Part shown: in pieces, positions 62,558 to 64,000 of the stretch | Position numbering within the stretch: the first letter of the stretch is position 1 | Layout of the letters: each line of letters opens with the position of its first letter | Assembly: GCF_036321535.1 (NCBI RefSeq) | Contig: NC_087437.1 | Span: 116,190,001 to 116,254,000 of the forward strand | DNA length: 64,000 nucleotides | Direction: 5' to 3' | Source: Camelus dromedarius | Taxonomy: Eukaryota | Program-made: the position numbers and the translations under genes | The notes under the pieces: model-generated | Databases searched by the model: none | What the model was told of the DNA's origin: nothing | What the model saw: only the letters and a program-made list of their open reading frames with translations

Positions 62558-64000
62558 AATAATTTATTTACTTTTTGTCTCTTTGTTTCTTTATGTACCT
62601 TTTATTCCCCAAAGGATTCATGTACATTTACAAAGACACATCCACATACCCTCCCACAAATATGACTTGAATTAAAAGTAGATGGAAAAGAAAAATGAGA
62701 GTAAGCCTCAAAGAAGTAAGTGGATTAAATCATTTACTTATATCAGTTTTTATCTGTTTTTAAAAACCACAAACTAAATGTACACAGACCCACAGTGGCA
62801 GAACCTTGTGTGTGACTTCAGAATTAGAGATAGGTTTTAAATATGCTTCACATTTGACACTGGAAATCAACGAGGCACTCTTTGAATCTAGTTATACATG
62901 CACTGTATTTTATAATTCTTTTGAAACAGCATTGGGATTCTGCCTCTGAAAATTTCTTTCTTTTGTCTTGTCCTCACTGTGTCTATAATTCAAGGATCTG
63001 TAAGTGAGATGGCAAACTTTCTCCATTGACTTAGGCTCAGGCTTAGCATCAGCACCAAGGAACCACCTATGAGCCACCAGGTTTGGGTCGGGAGGCTTGG
63101 GTAGACTTCCCTCCCGCTCCCGCTTGTAGCTGGTCCGTCCCGCTTGGTCCTTCTTTGAAATGGCCTGTCCACTTGTCTCTCTCCCCAGCTGGGTTGTAAG
63201 CTGAGTGTCAAGGGAGATTCTACCTGATCCTCCCTCTGTGCTTCCAGAGCTTGGCCCGAATAATTCTTCAGGCAATGCTTGTTGAATCAACAGGCCTTGA
63301 CACGAAGGCACAATTTTTGCTGTAATTACATCTTCAGTTGAACCATAACCTACATCCATCCCATCCCACAAACACAGAGCACAGAACTTTGTAATCTAAA
63401 GTATTGTGAAAACATGTGTATCTGAAAACTCCCAAATAGTGCATTTTCTCCTTTGATGACCATTACAAAGAGACAGAGTTAGAATTGTTTCAAGGGAGTT
63501 ATTAAAGGGAAAGACATATTTTTATGAGTGAGAAGAAACAGAGCATCAAGTACCTACAATACAGTAGCTGTGTGAACCCCATGGAGGGAAGATAGGAAAC
63601 ATGTGGGGTATTTTGGAAAGAATAAAATTGAAGTCAAACAGAAAAGCGGATGCAGAGCCAGTGGGGTTCTCTGTGGACTGAAAGTTTGACCCTGGAGAAG
63701 AAAATAAGGGAAAGAAAGGAGAGGAAAAATGTACTGCAGTCTTGGTGTGGAAAGGGTGATCTGCTCCATGGCGTGACCCATCCAGGAGATCAGGGAATTC
63801 GCAACACTTCAGTCTCCTTCAAATGCTATGCTTAGACACGGTCTGTGTTAGCATACCTATGGCAGGAAGGGTACTTGGCTTTCAATGTGTTTTAAATTTT
63901 AAGATGAAGAGAATTTTCTCAGATTTGCCCGTTTTGAAGATGAAATATTATCGGGCTAAAACTTTTAAGAGCCACTTCCTGTGATTACAATCAAATGTGT

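Overview
Mammalian nuclear DNA, most likely camelid, inferred from the tRNA-derived SINE with a CCTAATTACCTCCCC tail and from the cetartiodactyl-type L1 3' ends. I recognise no intact protein-coding exon. The main feature is a CpG/GC-rich block at about 1.7-12.7 kb. It holds an intronless, strongly GC-shifted cTAGE5/MIA2-like retrocopy on the minus strand (about 5.97-8.6 kb, disabled by stops) and a 5'-truncated, chimeric second copy (about 10.25-11.4 kb). Repeats inside this block show an almost one-directional AT-to-GC substitution bias. The rest is repeat-rich intergenic/intronic sequence (L1, L2, MIR, MLT1, MER5/20/53/58, SINEs). It also carries several + strand splice-donor clusters and promoter-like segments (about 28-29, 38.6 and 55.7-57.4 kb) that look like non-coding 5' exons of an unidentified gene. 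Repeat family names come from recalled consensus sequences, and boundaries of old repeats are approximate.
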